In this document: piece by piece, positions 25,946 to 36,444 of the stretch
How positions within the stretch are numbered: the first letter of the stretch is position 1
How the letters are laid out: every line of letters starts with the position of its first letter
Assembly (NCBI GenBank): GCA_913050215.1
Contig: CAJXBG010000006.1
Coordinates: 7,555 to 71,554 of the forward strand
Direction of reading: 5' to 3'
DNA length: 64,000 bases
Source of the DNA: an uncultured Gammaproteobacteria bacterium
GTDB lineage: Bacteria; Pseudomonadota; Gammaproteobacteria; Pseudomonadales; Azotimanducaceae
The notes under the pieces: model-generated
What the model saw: only the letters and a program-made list of their open reading frames with translations
The model's database searches: none
Told to the model about the DNA's origin: nothing
Made by a program: the position numbers and the translations under genes

Positions 25946-28900
25946 GTGTCAAAGAATAAGCGAGTATTAATTGCAAATCGGGGCGAGATAGCGATTCGAA
26001 TTGCCAAGGCTGCACGTGGTCTTGGCATGGAATCAGTCAGTGTACATGCCGCAGTGGATCACCTTGCCTTGCACACGCGGTGTACGACTGAGACCAAGTT
26101 GATCGGTACTCCCGAGGATGCCGTTGCAGCTTACCTTGATATACAAGCGTTGATCGAAGTAGCAAAAGAAACGGGCTGTGATTGTGTGCACCCCGGCTAT
26201 GGTTTCTTGTCAGAGAATGCTGATTTTGCTGCACAATGCGCCGAGGCAGGTTTGACCTTCATTGGTCCCTCGGCAGAAGTGCTTTCGTCTTTCGGCGACA
26301 AGGTCTTGGCACGGGAGCTTGCCTTATCGCTCGATATTCCGATTGTTCCAGGTAGTGAGGAGCCGTTGTTATCTGCCAAGGACGCAGTGGTTGTCGCCAG
26401 AAATATTGGCTACCCAATTATGCTGAAAGCATCGGCGGGAGGCGGTGGTCGTGGCATGCGGGTTGTTGAAAGCGAAGAAGAAATGGCGGATGCCTTCGAG
26501 CGTTGCAGTAGCGAGGCAACGGCAGCTTTTGGTAATGGCGCCATTTTTATCGAAAAACTTGTTGTCAGTCCGCGTCACATTGAAGTGCAGATTCTGGCTG
26601 ATTCGACCGGCAATGTGGTGCATCTGCATGAGCGAGATTGTTCGGTTCAGCTCCGTAATCAGAAAGTGATCGAAATGGCACCCGCTTTTGGCCTCGATGA
26701 AACACTAAAGAACCGCATGCTGACTGACGCGGTGAAGTTGGTAAAAGCGGTTTCCTATGTCAATGCCGGCACTGTTGAATTTCTTGTCCGTCCTGAGTCG
26801 GGTGAGTACTATTTTATTGAATGTAATCCGAGAATTCAGGTTGAGCATACGGTGACAGAGCAGGTGACGGGTATCGACCTGGTTGAGACCCAGTTTCAGC
26901 TTGCGGCCGGAGAAAGCCTGGAATCTTTGGGACTAGGCACTCAGCTTGCGGTTGGGTCTCCACGCGGCTTTGCACTGCAAGCTAGAGTGGTCGCGCAGAG
27001 CACTGGCACGATTACAGCTTACAAAGAGCCATCCGGTTATGGTGTTCGGGTTGATGCATGCGGTTATGCAGGATTCACGCCGCCGCCTCAGTTTGATCCA
27101 CTGTTAGCCAAGATAATTTGTTCGAGTGGGTCAAGGTCATCATTTCTGTCGGCGGTAGATCGGGCTATTGAAGCGATCGACGGATACCAAGTCACTGGCG
27201 TCATGACGAACCTGCACCAGCTGAAAAACATCCTCTCTCATGCTGATTTTCGTTCCGGAGATGCACGCACGACGCTACTGAATGATTCGCCAGAGCTTTC
27301 CAGTGCAGATACTACCGGAAAGGCTAGTGACCAGATGGCGTTATTAGAGCAGCAGGTCCAGAGTCTTGGAGGTAGTGTTGCCAGCCCCGGTAAGTTGACG
27401 CCACCGCCGATGAAAACGCTGATGGCTGAGCTTGATATTGCAGAGGACGAGGAGGGCGTCGCTTGTCCCATGGACGGTTCGGTGCTGGAGGTTTGTGTTG
27501 CTGAAGGAGACGAGGTAGCGGCGGGCGCTAATCTTGTGGTGATGACCGCTATGAAAATGGAAACAGCCGTGACAGCGCCTTGTGCGGGTGTCGTCAGGTC
27601 AATGCAGCAGCTAAAGGTTGGAGATACCGTAGTCACTGGGCAAGTGATGCTGGTGCTTTCTAAAACAGAAGGAGCCGGAGAAGGCTTGGTTCATGTGTTG
27701 AAGCCTGACGATACTTGGCGTCCGATGCTCGACGAAGTGAACACGCTCAGAAGACTCGCGATAGAGAGATTAAAGCCTGAGTCGAAAGACCCGGGTGTTG
27801 TGCGTCAATACTCGCGAGGCAAACTCACTTGCCGAGACCGAGTGATGCTGCTGTTGGACAAGGATAGCTTCAGGGAGGTAGGTAGCATCGCTGGTTTTGC
27901 ATCCTATGATGAGCACGGTGAAATTGCTGCTTTTACCCCCGCAAATAGCATCGGGGGTTGGGGCGAAGTCAACAGTCGAACGCTGATCGTGTGCGCAGAT
28001 GACTTCACCTCTCGTGGAGGCCATTCCGATGGCGCAATTGCTGCGAAGAGTGGCTACCTCGATCAGTTATCTATCGAAATGCGTATGCCGTCTATTCGCA
28101 TGCTGGACGGGTCATCCGGCGGGGGCAGTGTTGCCTCGATGGTGCCCGCACAAAAGAAAGAGGGCGACAGCAGCGCAAAAGAAAGCCAGGGCGCAATATC
28201 CGCAGGTAAACCGCGAGTCGCTGGTGGCGGAGGGTCGTTCTTGCCGGGACATCTCGGTAGTACCATGTACACCGAGCAGCTGGCGACGGTGCCGGTTGTT
28301 AATTTACTCCTCGGTAGTGTCGTAGGCCTGGGTGCTGCTAAAGCAGTGCTAGGCCATTTTTCTGTCATGGTGCGCGACATCGCACAACTGTTTGTTGCAG
28401 GCCCGCCTGTGGTCTCGCATGCGGTGGGTTATGATATTACCAAGGAAGAGCTCGGTGGTTGGCATATACACTGTACCAATGGCTCGGTCGATAATCTGGC
28501 AGAGACGGAAGAGGAAGCTGTTGTAATGACCAAACAGTTTTTGTCTTATCTACCTTCCAGCGTATATGAAGCACCCCCGATTAAAGAGCCCGATCCTGCA
28601 GATCCGGTTGATCGCTGGGAAGAAGAGTTGTTTACGCTGATTTCGCGCAAACGTGTCACGACCTTTGATATGCGGCGAGCAATTACGTTGATGGCAGACA
28701 AAAATTCATTTTTTGAAATCGGTGGTCTTTGGGGTACAGACCAAATTACAGGATTTGTCAGATTCAATGGACACCCGTTAGGTGTCATCGCCTCTGATAG
28801 CCGCCACGTTAATGGCGGGGCACTGACCGCTGATGGCTGTGATAAGTTAAAACGTCACTTGGATCTTTGTGATCTGTTTCATATCCCTGTGTTGAATCTG

Positions 28901-29374
28901 ATTGATAATCCAGGCTTCGCTGTGGGCGTTGAGCACGAGATTGCCGGCACCATACGTAAGGGTGGTGAATGGATGGTTGCCTTTGCTCAGGTGAAAGTGC
29001 CGATTTTTACCGTGATCATGCGGCGAAGTTTTGGTGTTGCGGGCAATAACTTTGCAACTCCAAGAGCAGCAGCCTCGATGCGCGTTGTTTGGCCTGCGAC
29101 TGACGCCGGTGGTATTCCTCCCGAGGGTGGTATTGAAGCTGCTTACAAGCGGCAGTTGGCAGAAGCGGAAGACCCTGAGGCTTTGAGGGCTGAGCTCTAT
29201 GCTCGCATCGAAAGTGCGAGAGGACCTGTTGGCCCACTGAGCAAATTTCAGATGGAAGAGATGATTGACCCAAGGGAGACCCGGCGCTATGTTTGCGAGT
29301 GGGTTAAAATGGCTTACAGCGTCGTTTCTCAACCGGGTGAGTTGGTTTCGAGGGCGCTGCAGTTCAGGCCCTAG
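25946..29374 (+). CDS. Single-chain multidomain biotin-dependent acyl-CoA carboxylase (BC-BCCP-CT fusion, LCC-like)
   Basis: 1142 aa with a GTG start and GGAG SD. The N-terminal biotin carboxylase has RVLIANRGEIAIRI, MLKASAGGGGRGMRVV and ECNPRIQVEH. The biotinyl domain has VVMTAMKMETAV, with the Lys codon at 27554-27556. The C-terminal ~540 aa is a PCC-beta/MCC-beta-like carboxyltransferase (DSRHVNGGALTADGCDK..., NPGFAVG). Confidence 0.9.
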   Translation: MSKNKRVLIANRGEIAIRIAKAARGLGMESVSVHAAVDHLALHTRCTTETKLIGTPEDAVAAYLDIQALIEVAKETGCDCVHPGYGFLSENADFAAQCAEAGLTFIGPSAEVLSSFGDKVLARELALSLDIPIVPGSEEPLLSAKDAVVVARNIGYPIMLKASAGGGGRGMRVVESEEEMADAFERCSSEATAAFGNGAIFIEKLVVSPRHIEVQILADSTGNVVHLHERDCSVQLRNQKVIEMAPAFGLDETLKNRMLTDAVKLVKAVSYVNAGTVEFLVRPESGEYYFIECNPRIQVEHTVTEQVTGIDLVETQFQLAAGESLESLGLGTQLAVGSPRGFALQARVVAQSTGTITAYKEPSGYGVRVDACGYAGFTPPPQFDPLLAKIICSSGSRSSFLSAVDRAIEAIDGYQVTGVMTNLHQLKNILSHADFRSGDARTTLLNDSPELSSADTTGKASDQMALLEQQVQSLGGSVASPGKLTPPPMKTLMAELDIAEDEEGVACPMDGSVLEVCVAEGDEVAAGANLVVMTAMKMETAVTAPCAGVVRSMQQLKVGDTVVTGQVMLVLSKTEGAGEGLVHVLKPDDTWRPMLDEVNTLRRLAIERLKPESKDPGVVRQYSRGKLTCRDRVMLLLDKDSFREVGSIAGFASYDEHGEIAAFTPANSIGGWGEVNSRTLIVCADDFTSRGGHSDGAIAAKSGYLDQLSIEMRMPSIRMLDGSSGGGSVASMVPAQKKEGDSSAKESQGAISAGKPRVAGGGGSFLPGHLGSTMYTEQLATVPVVNLLLGSVVGLGAAKAVLGHFSVMVRDIAQLFVAGPPVVSHAVGYDITKEELGGWHIHCTNGSVDNLAETEEEAVVMTKQFLSYLPSSVYEAPPIKEPDPADPVDRWEEELFTLISRKRVTTFDMRRAITLMADKNSFFEIGGLWGTDQITGFVRFNGHPLGVIASDSRHVNGGALTADGCDKLKRHLDLCDLFHIPVLNLIDNPGFAVGVEHEIAGTIRKGGEWMVAFAQVKVPIFTVIMRRSFGVAGNNFATPRAAASMRVVWPATDAGGIPPEGGIEAAYKRQLAEAEDPEALRAELYARIESARGPVGPLSKFQMEEMIDPRETRRYVCEWVKMAYSVVSQPGELVSRALQFRP

Positions 29375-29406
29375 CCCGCAGCGCACCCAGCGCGTAATAT
29401 GCTGTC

Positions 29407-31323
29407 ATGGAATTTCTCGCACATGACAGAAAAGCAAATGATGCGCTTTCGCTAGAGGGTGGTGTGCAACGCTCCGCGCTGCAGACAATACTTTCCGTAC
29501 TACCGTTTCTTTGGCCAAAAAACGAAGTCGAAATTCGAACCCGGGTTGTGATTGCACTTGGTTGTCTGCTGATCGGCAGGACCGCGAATGTGTACGGGCC
29601 GATTGTGCTAAAAGACCTGATTGACGGACTGAGTGCGCTGATACCCGGAACGGATGGGGTAGATATAGCCGGTGCAGGTCTATTAGGGCTTGTGCTGCTC
29701 TACGGTTTAACTGTGATGTTGCCGGGGTTACTGACTGAAATCCGGGCAGCGGTGTTTACACCGGTCTCTGAGTTTGCCCAGCGTACCATCGGTATTAGGG
29801 CATTCGAGCACTTGCATCAGCTGAGCATGCGTTTCCACCTTGATCGACATACCGGCGGCTTGTCCCGTGCGATAGAACGTGGCACCCGAGCTATGCAGCA
29901 AATTGTTGGCTTGTTCGCCTTTAATATCGGGCCAACACTCTTCGAAATTTTTGTCGTTTGTCTTTACCTTGGCTATGGATATCCGCTCAAGTATGTTGGC
30001 GTCATACTTGTTGCGATTGCGTGCTACATACTTTTCACGCTTTTCTTTACCGAGTGGCGCACAAAGTTTCGTCGAAAGATGGTGGCTGAAGAGTCCCGGG
30101 CGATGACCATTGGCGTCGATAGTTTGCTGAATTTCGAAACCGTCAAGTATTTCGGTAACGAGCAATACGAGTCGAAGAGGTACGACCACGCGTTAAAAGA
30201 ATATATGGGCGCAGCGGTAAAGAGCCAAACGACGCTAGGTGTCCTCAACGGTGGGCAGTTGCTGGTGCGTGTTTGCTGTCAGATCGCCATTCTGGTTATC
30301 GCGATAGATGACTATAGCAACGGCATGCTGACCATAGGTGAAGTTGTCATGCTCAACACGTTTATGCTTCAGCTATTTATCCCTTTGGGTTTTCTAGGCT
30401 CCTCCTACCGGATGATTCGGCAGGCGCTCGTCGATATGGAATTTTTGTTCCAGCTACTTGATCTTGAGCCGGAGATTCGCGACAAGGCAAACGCTACGGA
30501 TCTGGAAGTGCGGGATGGTGAAGTCCAGTTCACTGGCGTTAACTTTGGATACGAACCAGAGCGGTCAGTGCTGAGTGATGTCAGTTTTACCATTGCCCCC
30601 GGAACAACCACAGCCATTGTCGGACCCAGTGGCGCAGGTAAATCGACGCTATCCAGATTGCTTTATCGTTTCTACGATGTGAATGCTGGGAAAGTCGCGG
30701 TTGATGGTAACAACGTCGCTGATGTGACGCAGGCCAGTCTCCGCAGCGCTGTTGGGATCGTTCCTCAAGATACCGTGTTGTTCAATGACACGATTGCCTA
30801 CAACATTCGCTATGGTCGTCCGGATGCGACTGAGCAGGAGGTTTTTGATGCGGCGAGGCTAGCGAGCATTCACGAGTTTGTTCTCAGCTTGCCCAAGGGC
30901 TATGAGACCCGGGTGGGTGAACGCGGGTTGAAATTGTCCGGAGGTGAGAAGCAGCGGGTAGCGATTGCGAGAACGGTGCTTAAAAACCCACCGGTGCTTG
31001 TGCTTGATGAGGCAACATCTGCACTCGATATCGGGACTGAAAGAGAAATTCAGGCCGCGCTGAAAGAGGTATCTAAAAATCGAACAACGATGGTGATCGC
31101 CCATAGGTTATCGACCATTGTGCATGCTGACGAAATTCTGGTGATGGATAAAGGCAGCATCGTAGAACGCGGAAGTCATAATGAGTTGTTGGCGCTAGAG
31201 GGCGTATACAGCGTGATGTGGCGTCGTCAAAAAGAAGCCGCTGATGAAATAGAGAAGCTCAAAAAGGTGCTGGATGAGGACGAGTTGAAGGCACTGAAAA
31301 CCGGTGCTCTGATCGCGGAATAG
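29407..31323 (+). CDS. ABC transporter permease/ATPase, Atm1/HMT1-like exporter
   Basis: 638 aa. The N-terminal six-TM domain carries LLNFETVKYFGNEQYESKRY. Walker A is GPSGAGKST, the signature is LSGGEKQRVAIAR, and Walker B is VLVLDEATSALD. Confidence 0.9.
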   Translation: MEFLAHDRKANDALSLEGGVQRSALQTILSVLPFLWPKNEVEIRTRVVIALGCLLIGRTANVYGPIVLKDLIDGLSALIPGTDGVDIAGAGLLGLVLLYGLTVMLPGLLTEIRAAVFTPVSEFAQRTIGIRAFEHLHQLSMRFHLDRHTGGLSRAIERGTRAMQQIVGLFAFNIGPTLFEIFVVCLYLGYGYPLKYVGVILVAIACYILFTLFFTEWRTKFRRKMVAEESRAMTIGVDSLLNFETVKYFGNEQYESKRYDHALKEYMGAAVKSQTTLGVLNGGQLLVRVCCQIAILVIAIDDYSNGMLTIGEVVMLNTFMLQLFIPLGFLGSSYRMIRQALVDMEFLFQLLDLEPEIRDKANATDLEVRDGEVQFTGVNFGYEPERSVLSDVSFTIAPGTTTAIVGPSGAGKSTLSRLLYRFYDVNAGKVAVDGNNVADVTQASLRSAVGIVPQDTVLFNDTIAYNIRYGRPDATEQEVFDAARLASIHEFVLSLPKGYETRVGERGLKLSGGEKQRVAIARTVLKNPPVLVLDEATSALDIGTEREIQAALKEVSKNRTTMVIAHRLSTIVHADEILVMDKGSIVERGSHNELLALEGVYSVMWRRQKEAADEIEKLKKVLDEDELKALKTGALIAE

Positions 31324-31371
31324 ACCAACCTCAAGAGCTGTCGGATGGTCGGCAACTGTTGAGGCGACTGC

Positions 31372-32376
31372 CTATAGCAACTCTTCCGCGAAGAAGCGCA
31401 GGGTGTCCATGTTGGCGGACCCGATATTCAATTGTGTGACAGGGCTGTCTTTCCATCCCTGCAGTCTTTCCTTGATGCGCGCTTTTGGACCGCAAAGTGC
31501 GATTTCATCCACGAGTTGATCCGGTACCGCGGCAAAAGCCTGGTCTCGTTTACCTGCCATGAAGAGGTCCTGTATTTCATTTGCTGCATCACCAAAACCC
31601 ATTCTGGACACATGGTCCTTGTGTACATTAAATGTCTTGGCGCCCATACCGCCAATGTAGAATCCAACGTTTTGTTTGACCTGTGACCGCGCCTTGTCTA
31701 CATCGTCATCAATCACCACGGGTACTGCTGCCGCAATTTCAAAGTCCTGCCCTTTGATCGCCATTGCATCGGCGTATTGTTCGCCCATGCGATAGGGAGA
31801 AAGAAACATGGGAATCCATCCATCGAATAATTCAGCGCTGAGTGCAACGTTCTTGGGGCCTTCGGCACCCAAATAGACCGGAATGTGATCTCGCAATGGG
31901 TGTTGCATCAACTTGAGAGGTTTGCCCAATCCAGTGCCACCGTCAAGCGGCAGCTGATAGTGTTTGCCATCGAAAGCCACAGGTTCTTCACGGGCAATAA
32001 TTTTACGGAAGATCTCAATCCATTCTCTGGTTCGAGCCAGTGGTTTGGGATAAAGCTGACCATACCATCCCTCAACAACCTGTGGTCCCGAGACACCGAT
32101 GCCGAGTATGAGTCGACCATTAGAGAGGTAGTCCATTGCCACGGCGTGCATGGCGGCGCTTGCGGGGCTGCGGGCAGAGATCTGCATGATCGAAGTGCCG
32201 AGGTTTATTTTTGTTGTATGCGCGCCAATCCAAGCAAGTGGTGTGAAACAATCCATACCGTAGATTTCAGGGCACCAGATCGTGTCATAACCAAGGTTTT
32301 CAGCCTCTTTTGCTAGGTCTATCATTCGCTCGCCGCCGGGTGCGCCGGTAGGGCCAACGCCCAGTCCTAGTTTCAT
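31372..32376 (-). CDS. Luciferase-like monooxygenase (LLM) class oxidoreductase, F420-dependent-type
   Basis: 334 aa. LGIGVSGPQVVEGWYGQLYPKPLARTREWIEI resembles, from memory, the Rv3520c-type F420-dependent LLM subfamily. Confidence 0.8.
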   Translation of the reverse strand: MKLGLGVGPTGAPGGERMIDLAKEAENLGYDTIWCPEIYGMDCFTPLAWIGAHTTKINLGTSIMQISARSPASAAMHAVAMDYLSNGRLILGIGVSGPQVVEGWYGQLYPKPLARTREWIEIFRKIIAREEPVAFDGKHYQLPLDGGTGLGKPLKLMQHPLRDHIPVYLGAEGPKNVALSAELFDGWIPMFLSPYRMGEQYADAMAIKGQDFEIAAAVPVVIDDDVDKARSQVKQNVGFYIGGMGAKTFNVHKDHVSRMGFGDAANEIQDLFMAGKRDQAFAAVPDQLVDEIALCGPKARIKERLQGWKDSPVTQLNIGSANMDTLRFFAEELL

Positions 32377-32489
32377 GTGTTTCTCCTATTGGTGCTTTGA
32401 AAAAATCAGTTATTGACTGTCAAGAAACCCTCAACAGTGGGTTTGGTCTCGTAACATCAGAGCCTTCATGTCTGATCTGTGGACATGAT

Positions 32490-33545
32490 CTAGGTATAGA
32501 CTTTTACTTCACTTTCGCTCATGCCAGCTTTGATTGCTGCGGTACAAATTGTGTCCCAGGATTGTTCATCTACTGGAATACCCTTCTCAAGACGCTCTGC
32601 CATTGTCTCGCGTTCGGGTTCTCCCGGTGTTCGGACACGGTCGAAGCCAACAGCAGGATCAGAAGAATGTAGCCAGTCGCGCATACCCATCACCTCTCGC
32701 CTGAAGCTGTCCTGACCACCAAAGACATCCGGGTCAATGATAAACATCAGCATATGATTGATTGTCGTGTCTTGCTGTTTGGCGACATCCTGCATTGTCC
32801 ATTCGCCAGCCAGTCCGCCGCCTAGCAGTTCGCATATAAGTGCCAGCCCATAACCCTTGTGCGCGCCAAAAGGCGCAAGGGAGCCGCCGGCAGCGATCGC
32901 ACCGGGATCTGTGGTGGGGGAGCCTTGGACGTCGAACAGAGAGCCCTCTGGTAGTGGGACACCTTTCATTCCGGCAACGCGTACCTTGCCGAGAGCAATC
33001 GCGGATGTGGCCATGTCCAGCACAATGGGGTCATCGTCTGTTGGCACTGCACAACAGAAAGGGTTTGTTTGCATGCGCTTGTCGCGCCCACCCCACGGAG
33101 AGACAAAAGGGGGATGCCCAACGACATTGACAAAATGCACTGAGACATAACCCGCTTCAGCACAACGCTCGGCATAAGTGCCTATCCTGCCCAAGTGATG
33201 ATTGTTTCTCGAGCCGATGCACACGATACCGGTGTCTTTCACTCTTTCAAGGCCCATATCTGTCGCCTGACGGCCGACAACCTGACCAAAACCCTGGTGG
33301 CCATCGACGAGTAAGACAGCACCTTTATCTTTCACTAATTCCGCATTGGCATGGACATCAAGGAAGCCGTTTTTTGCGGCTGAAACATAGCGCGGGATCA
33401 TACCAACGCCATGTGAATCGTGCCCCTTGAGGTTCGCCTCAACCAGATGCTCTGCGGTTTCACGGGCTTTATCGATGGGTGTATCGACACCCAAAAAGAT
33501 TTCGGTCGCAAACTGGGTTAACTTTTCTCTGTCAATAATCATCAA
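32490..33545 (-). CDS. Ldh_2 family (malate/L-lactate/sulfolactate-type) NAD(P)H oxidoreductase
   Basis: 351 aa. GHDSHGV, NHHLGRIG and APFGAHKGYGLAL are typical of Ldh_2 family enzymes. Confidence 0.8.
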   Translation of the reverse strand: MMIIDREKLTQFATEIFLGVDTPIDKARETAEHLVEANLKGHDSHGVGMIPRYVSAAKNGFLDVHANAELVKDKGAVLLVDGHQGFGQVVGRQATDMGLERVKDTGIVCIGSRNNHHLGRIGTYAERCAEAGYVSVHFVNVVGHPPFVSPWGGRDKRMQTNPFCCAVPTDDDPIVLDMATSAIALGKVRVAGMKGVPLPEGSLFDVQGSPTTDPGAIAAGGSLAPFGAHKGYGLALICELLGGGLAGEWTMQDVAKQQDTTINHMLMFIIDPDVFGGQDSFRREVMGMRDWLHSSDPAVGFDRVRTPGEPERETMAERLEKGIPVDEQSWDTICTAAIKAGMSESEVKVYT

Positions 33546-33577
33546 AAACCCTTCGGTCTAGTTGGAAATAATCTCGC

Positions 33578-34681
33578 TTAGAACTCCAGAATTGCTCTGC
33601 CGGAGATCTCGCCATTTTCCAGCGCCTTTGTCGCTTCGTTAATCTGGTCAATGCTGAACCGCTCTGTCACCATGACATCCAAGTTTAATTTGCCGTTTTC
33701 ATACCAGTTAAGGTATTTAGGGAAGTCTCTGTCAGGTACGCAGCTGCCACCGATGCTGCCGATAAACTTTTTCTCGTTAACCAGAATGTCGGAAGCATTA
33801 AGCTCAACGGGTGTCTGCGGTACACCAACCAGTACTGCGGTGCCACCCGGTTCTGCGCCGAAGAATCCGTTTTTGACCGCAGGAACGATTTGTTCCATGG
33901 TTTGTTTTAATCCTATGCAGTCAAAAGCATAGTCTGCCCCGGCAATTGGATTGCCCATAAAACTTCTCTTAGCGGGGTTGGTTGTCAGTGATTTGATCGT
34001 TTTGATGGCATCTTCGTTTTTAGCGTTAATCGTGTGAGTTGCGCCAAACTTTGTTGCGAATGCGAGCTTTTCATCGTCCAGGTCGACGGCAATGATCGGA
34101 TCTGCACCAAGCTCTTTTGCTGCAACAACCGCTGATAGGCCAACGCCACCAACGCCAAAGATGACGACGCTTTCCCCGGCCTGCACCTTCGCGGTATTCT
34201 CTACTGCGCCAGCACCGGTCATTACTGCGCAGCCGATGATAGAGGTGACGTCTCGCTTGATATTTGCGTCGACTTTCACCACATACTGTTCATCCGCGAT
34301 CGTTGTATCAGCCCAGGTAAAGACATTTTGCGATCTGGCGACAGAGCCATCAGGCAAGGAAATTGCCGCCGGACTCGGTGCTCGGTCGGTGTTCGCTGCA
34401 TCTCGCGGCACCCAGGTCACCATGACAGTGTCCCCCGGCGCGACGTGACTGACCTCGCTACCAACGCTAAGGACTTCGCCGGTTGACTCATGCCCAAGGA
34501 CAATGGGGTTCTGCCGGGGGTTGTGCATTTGATGTAATTGGCTATGGCAGACGCCACTGGCGTATTGTTTGACAACCACTTGATGAGGGCCAGGTGCAGG
34601 AAGGTCCAGTTCGATAATCTGAAGCGGTGCAGGTTCTTGAGGTTGTACAACAATCCGGGCGGAAACAGTCATGCAGGTCAC
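33578..34681 (-). CDS. Zinc-dependent alcohol dehydrogenase family protein
   Basis: 367 aa. GVCHSQLH, GHESTGEV and the GVGGVGLS nucleotide-binding motif. Confidence 0.9.
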   Translation of the reverse strand: MTCMTVSARIVVQPQEPAPLQIIELDLPAPGPHQVVVKQYASGVCHSQLHQMHNPRQNPIVLGHESTGEVLSVGSEVSHVAPGDTVMVTWVPRDAANTDRAPSPAAISLPDGSVARSQNVFTWADTTIADEQYVVKVDANIKRDVTSIIGCAVMTGAGAVENTAKVQAGESVVIFGVGGVGLSAVVAAKELGADPIIAVDLDDEKLAFATKFGATHTINAKNEDAIKTIKSLTTNPAKRSFMGNPIAGADYAFDCIGLKQTMEQIVPAVKNGFFGAEPGGTAVLVGVPQTPVELNASDILVNEKKFIGSIGGSCVPDRDFPKYLNWYENGKLNLDVMVTERFSIDQINEATKALENGEISGRAILEF

Positions 34682-34784
34682 CTGTAAAATTGAAGAGAAA
34701 AGTTGTTTGATGATATAAGACTAAATCAAGTTGTGACAGTGCCAAATTACATAGGGTTTTACGAGTGAACATCGGAGAATAGAA

Positions 34785-35762
34785 ATGAGTGTGAAGTTGG
34801 TTGCACAGGAAAATAAAAGCGGCGATCCAGATCTTGCAGCTCAGGGATTTGGTTGCGTTAAAGAGAATGGCATAAAAGTTTTCCCAGTTGAGAGCGATCC
34901 CGCTGACATCTACGCGTTCTTTGAGCAGAACGGATTTGCGGTCCTGTCGGATAGCCTTGGCAGTGAGGATGTCGATTTTTTGAACAATTTTTGTGACGAG
35001 TCCCAAAGACGTGATCCCGGGGTCTGGGGTTTGTCAGATAAGCGAAAACCTCATCACCGAAATCAGGGGCTCATCTTCTCGCAACCTTTGCTGGATCATC
35101 CGGAACTTGATCGATTCACTCGTCACCCTAATTCGTTCCCTGTTGTTGCGCATTTGCTTGGCGGAAAAGAACATGTGCGGTTTGCGGAATTTAACTTAAG
35201 GGAAACTCCGGCAAACAGCGGTGTCGGCGCAATGAACTTCCATCATGATGCTACGATTGAAGATCGCTTCCTTCGATCGCCTTATTTACCCTGCGATTAT
35301 TTGTGTGCAATTCACTATCTGAGTGATGTTGGCGAAGCTAACCCGGCATTCTGTGTTGTGCCGGGAAGTAACAAATTTGAAACGCTTAAGGAAGCACACG
35401 ATGCATTGGGCGATGATTATCAGGAACTGCCGATTCGAGGCGCTGCCGGTACCTGCATTCTCTATGATACTGCGCTGTTTCATACACGGTTGGATGGAGA
35501 CGGTATTCAACCCCGTCGTACCTGGCATCAATACTACGCTCGAGGAGGCTGGCTGCAGAGCGCGCTCCCGACAACAAGCAAGTACCGACGCTCTCCCTCA
35601 CCTGTGTTAACTGACTGGAATTTGTTTCCGGAACGGCTGGCGATGCACGAAAACCTTGAGGTCAGAATGTTCTTCTCACATTGGAATACCGCACAGGGAG
35701 AATGGGCAGCATCGGGGTTTGATCCCGAAGTGAGAAAAGCCATGCCGCGTGGTGAACAATAA
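34785..35762 (+). CDS. Phytanoyl-CoA dioxygenase (PhyH) family protein
   Basis: 325 aa. FHHDATIED... and ILYDTALFHTR are consistent with the PhyH-type His-x-Asp...His fold. Divergent from the ADH operon. Confidence 0.65.
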   Translation: MSVKLVAQENKSGDPDLAAQGFGCVKENGIKVFPVESDPADIYAFFEQNGFAVLSDSLGSEDVDFLNNFCDESQRRDPGVWGLSDKRKPHHRNQGLIFSQPLLDHPELDRFTRHPNSFPVVAHLLGGKEHVRFAEFNLRETPANSGVGAMNFHHDATIEDRFLRSPYLPCDYLCAIHYLSDVGEANPAFCVVPGSNKFETLKEAHDALGDDYQELPIRGAAGTCILYDTALFHTRLDGDGIQPRRTWHQYYARGGWLQSALPTTSKYRRSPSPVLTDWNLFPERLAMHENLEVRMFFSHWNTAQGEWAASGFDPEVRKAMPRGEQ

Positions 35763-35883
35763 TGTTGTGTGCCTGGTTGCTTGATACATTGACCGGATTT
35801 CAATTCGCTTAGTATTCCGCTACATTCAAATTCAATGATAACTTCATTCATCAGTTTATTTTAGCGCAGGGGAAGGTGACGAG

Positions 35884-36399
35884 ATGCCTAAATTGAGAGA
35901 CGAAGAAAGAGATGAATTTTTAACTAAGCCGGGTGTGCTGATGCGGATTGCCTGTGTCAGAGATAACGGCAGCCCGCTGGTCACACCTATCTGGTTTATC
36001 TTCCATGATGGTGCAATTTACTTTACACCAAGGGAGCGATCCGAGTGGTTCGCCTGTCTGAAATCTGATCCGCGAGTGTGTCTGTGCATTGATGAAGATG
36101 CGTTACCTTACCGAAAATTGGTGATAGAGGATAAAGCCGAGTTGGTACACGACGTGGGTCATGATGATGTTTGGCGGGATTTGTACCGCCAAATTGCCAT
36201 GCGCTACGTACCCACAAACGAGGCAGAGGCCTATGTGAATAACACGATTGATCAACCCCGTGCGTTATATAGAGTGGCGTTGCGTTCAGCCAGTGTAAAA
36301 AGCTGGCGCATGCCAATACCCGGTGAGGACCAAACGGGTATATGGCATTCAAGGTATTATGCAAAGGGCAGCAAGTATGGCGATGCTACCGGGGTTTGA
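35884..36399 (+). CDS. PPOX-class (pyridoxamine 5'-phosphate oxidase / FDOR-like) protein
   Basis: 171 aa. GSPLVTPIWFIFHDGAIYFTPRERSEW is typical of the PPOX-class, probably F420-dependent family. Confidence 0.75.
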   Translation: MPKLRDEERDEFLTKPGVLMRIACVRDNGSPLVTPIWFIFHDGAIYFTPRERSEWFACLKSDPRVCLCIDEDALPYRKLVIEDKAELVHDVGHDDVWRDLYRQIAMRYVPTNEAEAYVNNTIDQPRALYRVALRSASVKSWRMPIPGEDQTGIWHSRYYAKGSKYGDATGV

Positions 36400-36444
36400 A
36401 TTTGAAATGCCATCACCGGCGTCAAGGGAAGAAAGGAGTATTAA

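Noticed and set aside
28847-29386. Large antisense ORFs inside long genes (also 36448-36966, 38945-39427, 11822-12361, 21012-21431, 29728-30189, 34542-35006)
   Set aside because: All lie opposite strongly supported genes with clear family motifs. Their translations are Arg/Ser/Cys-rich shadow frames.
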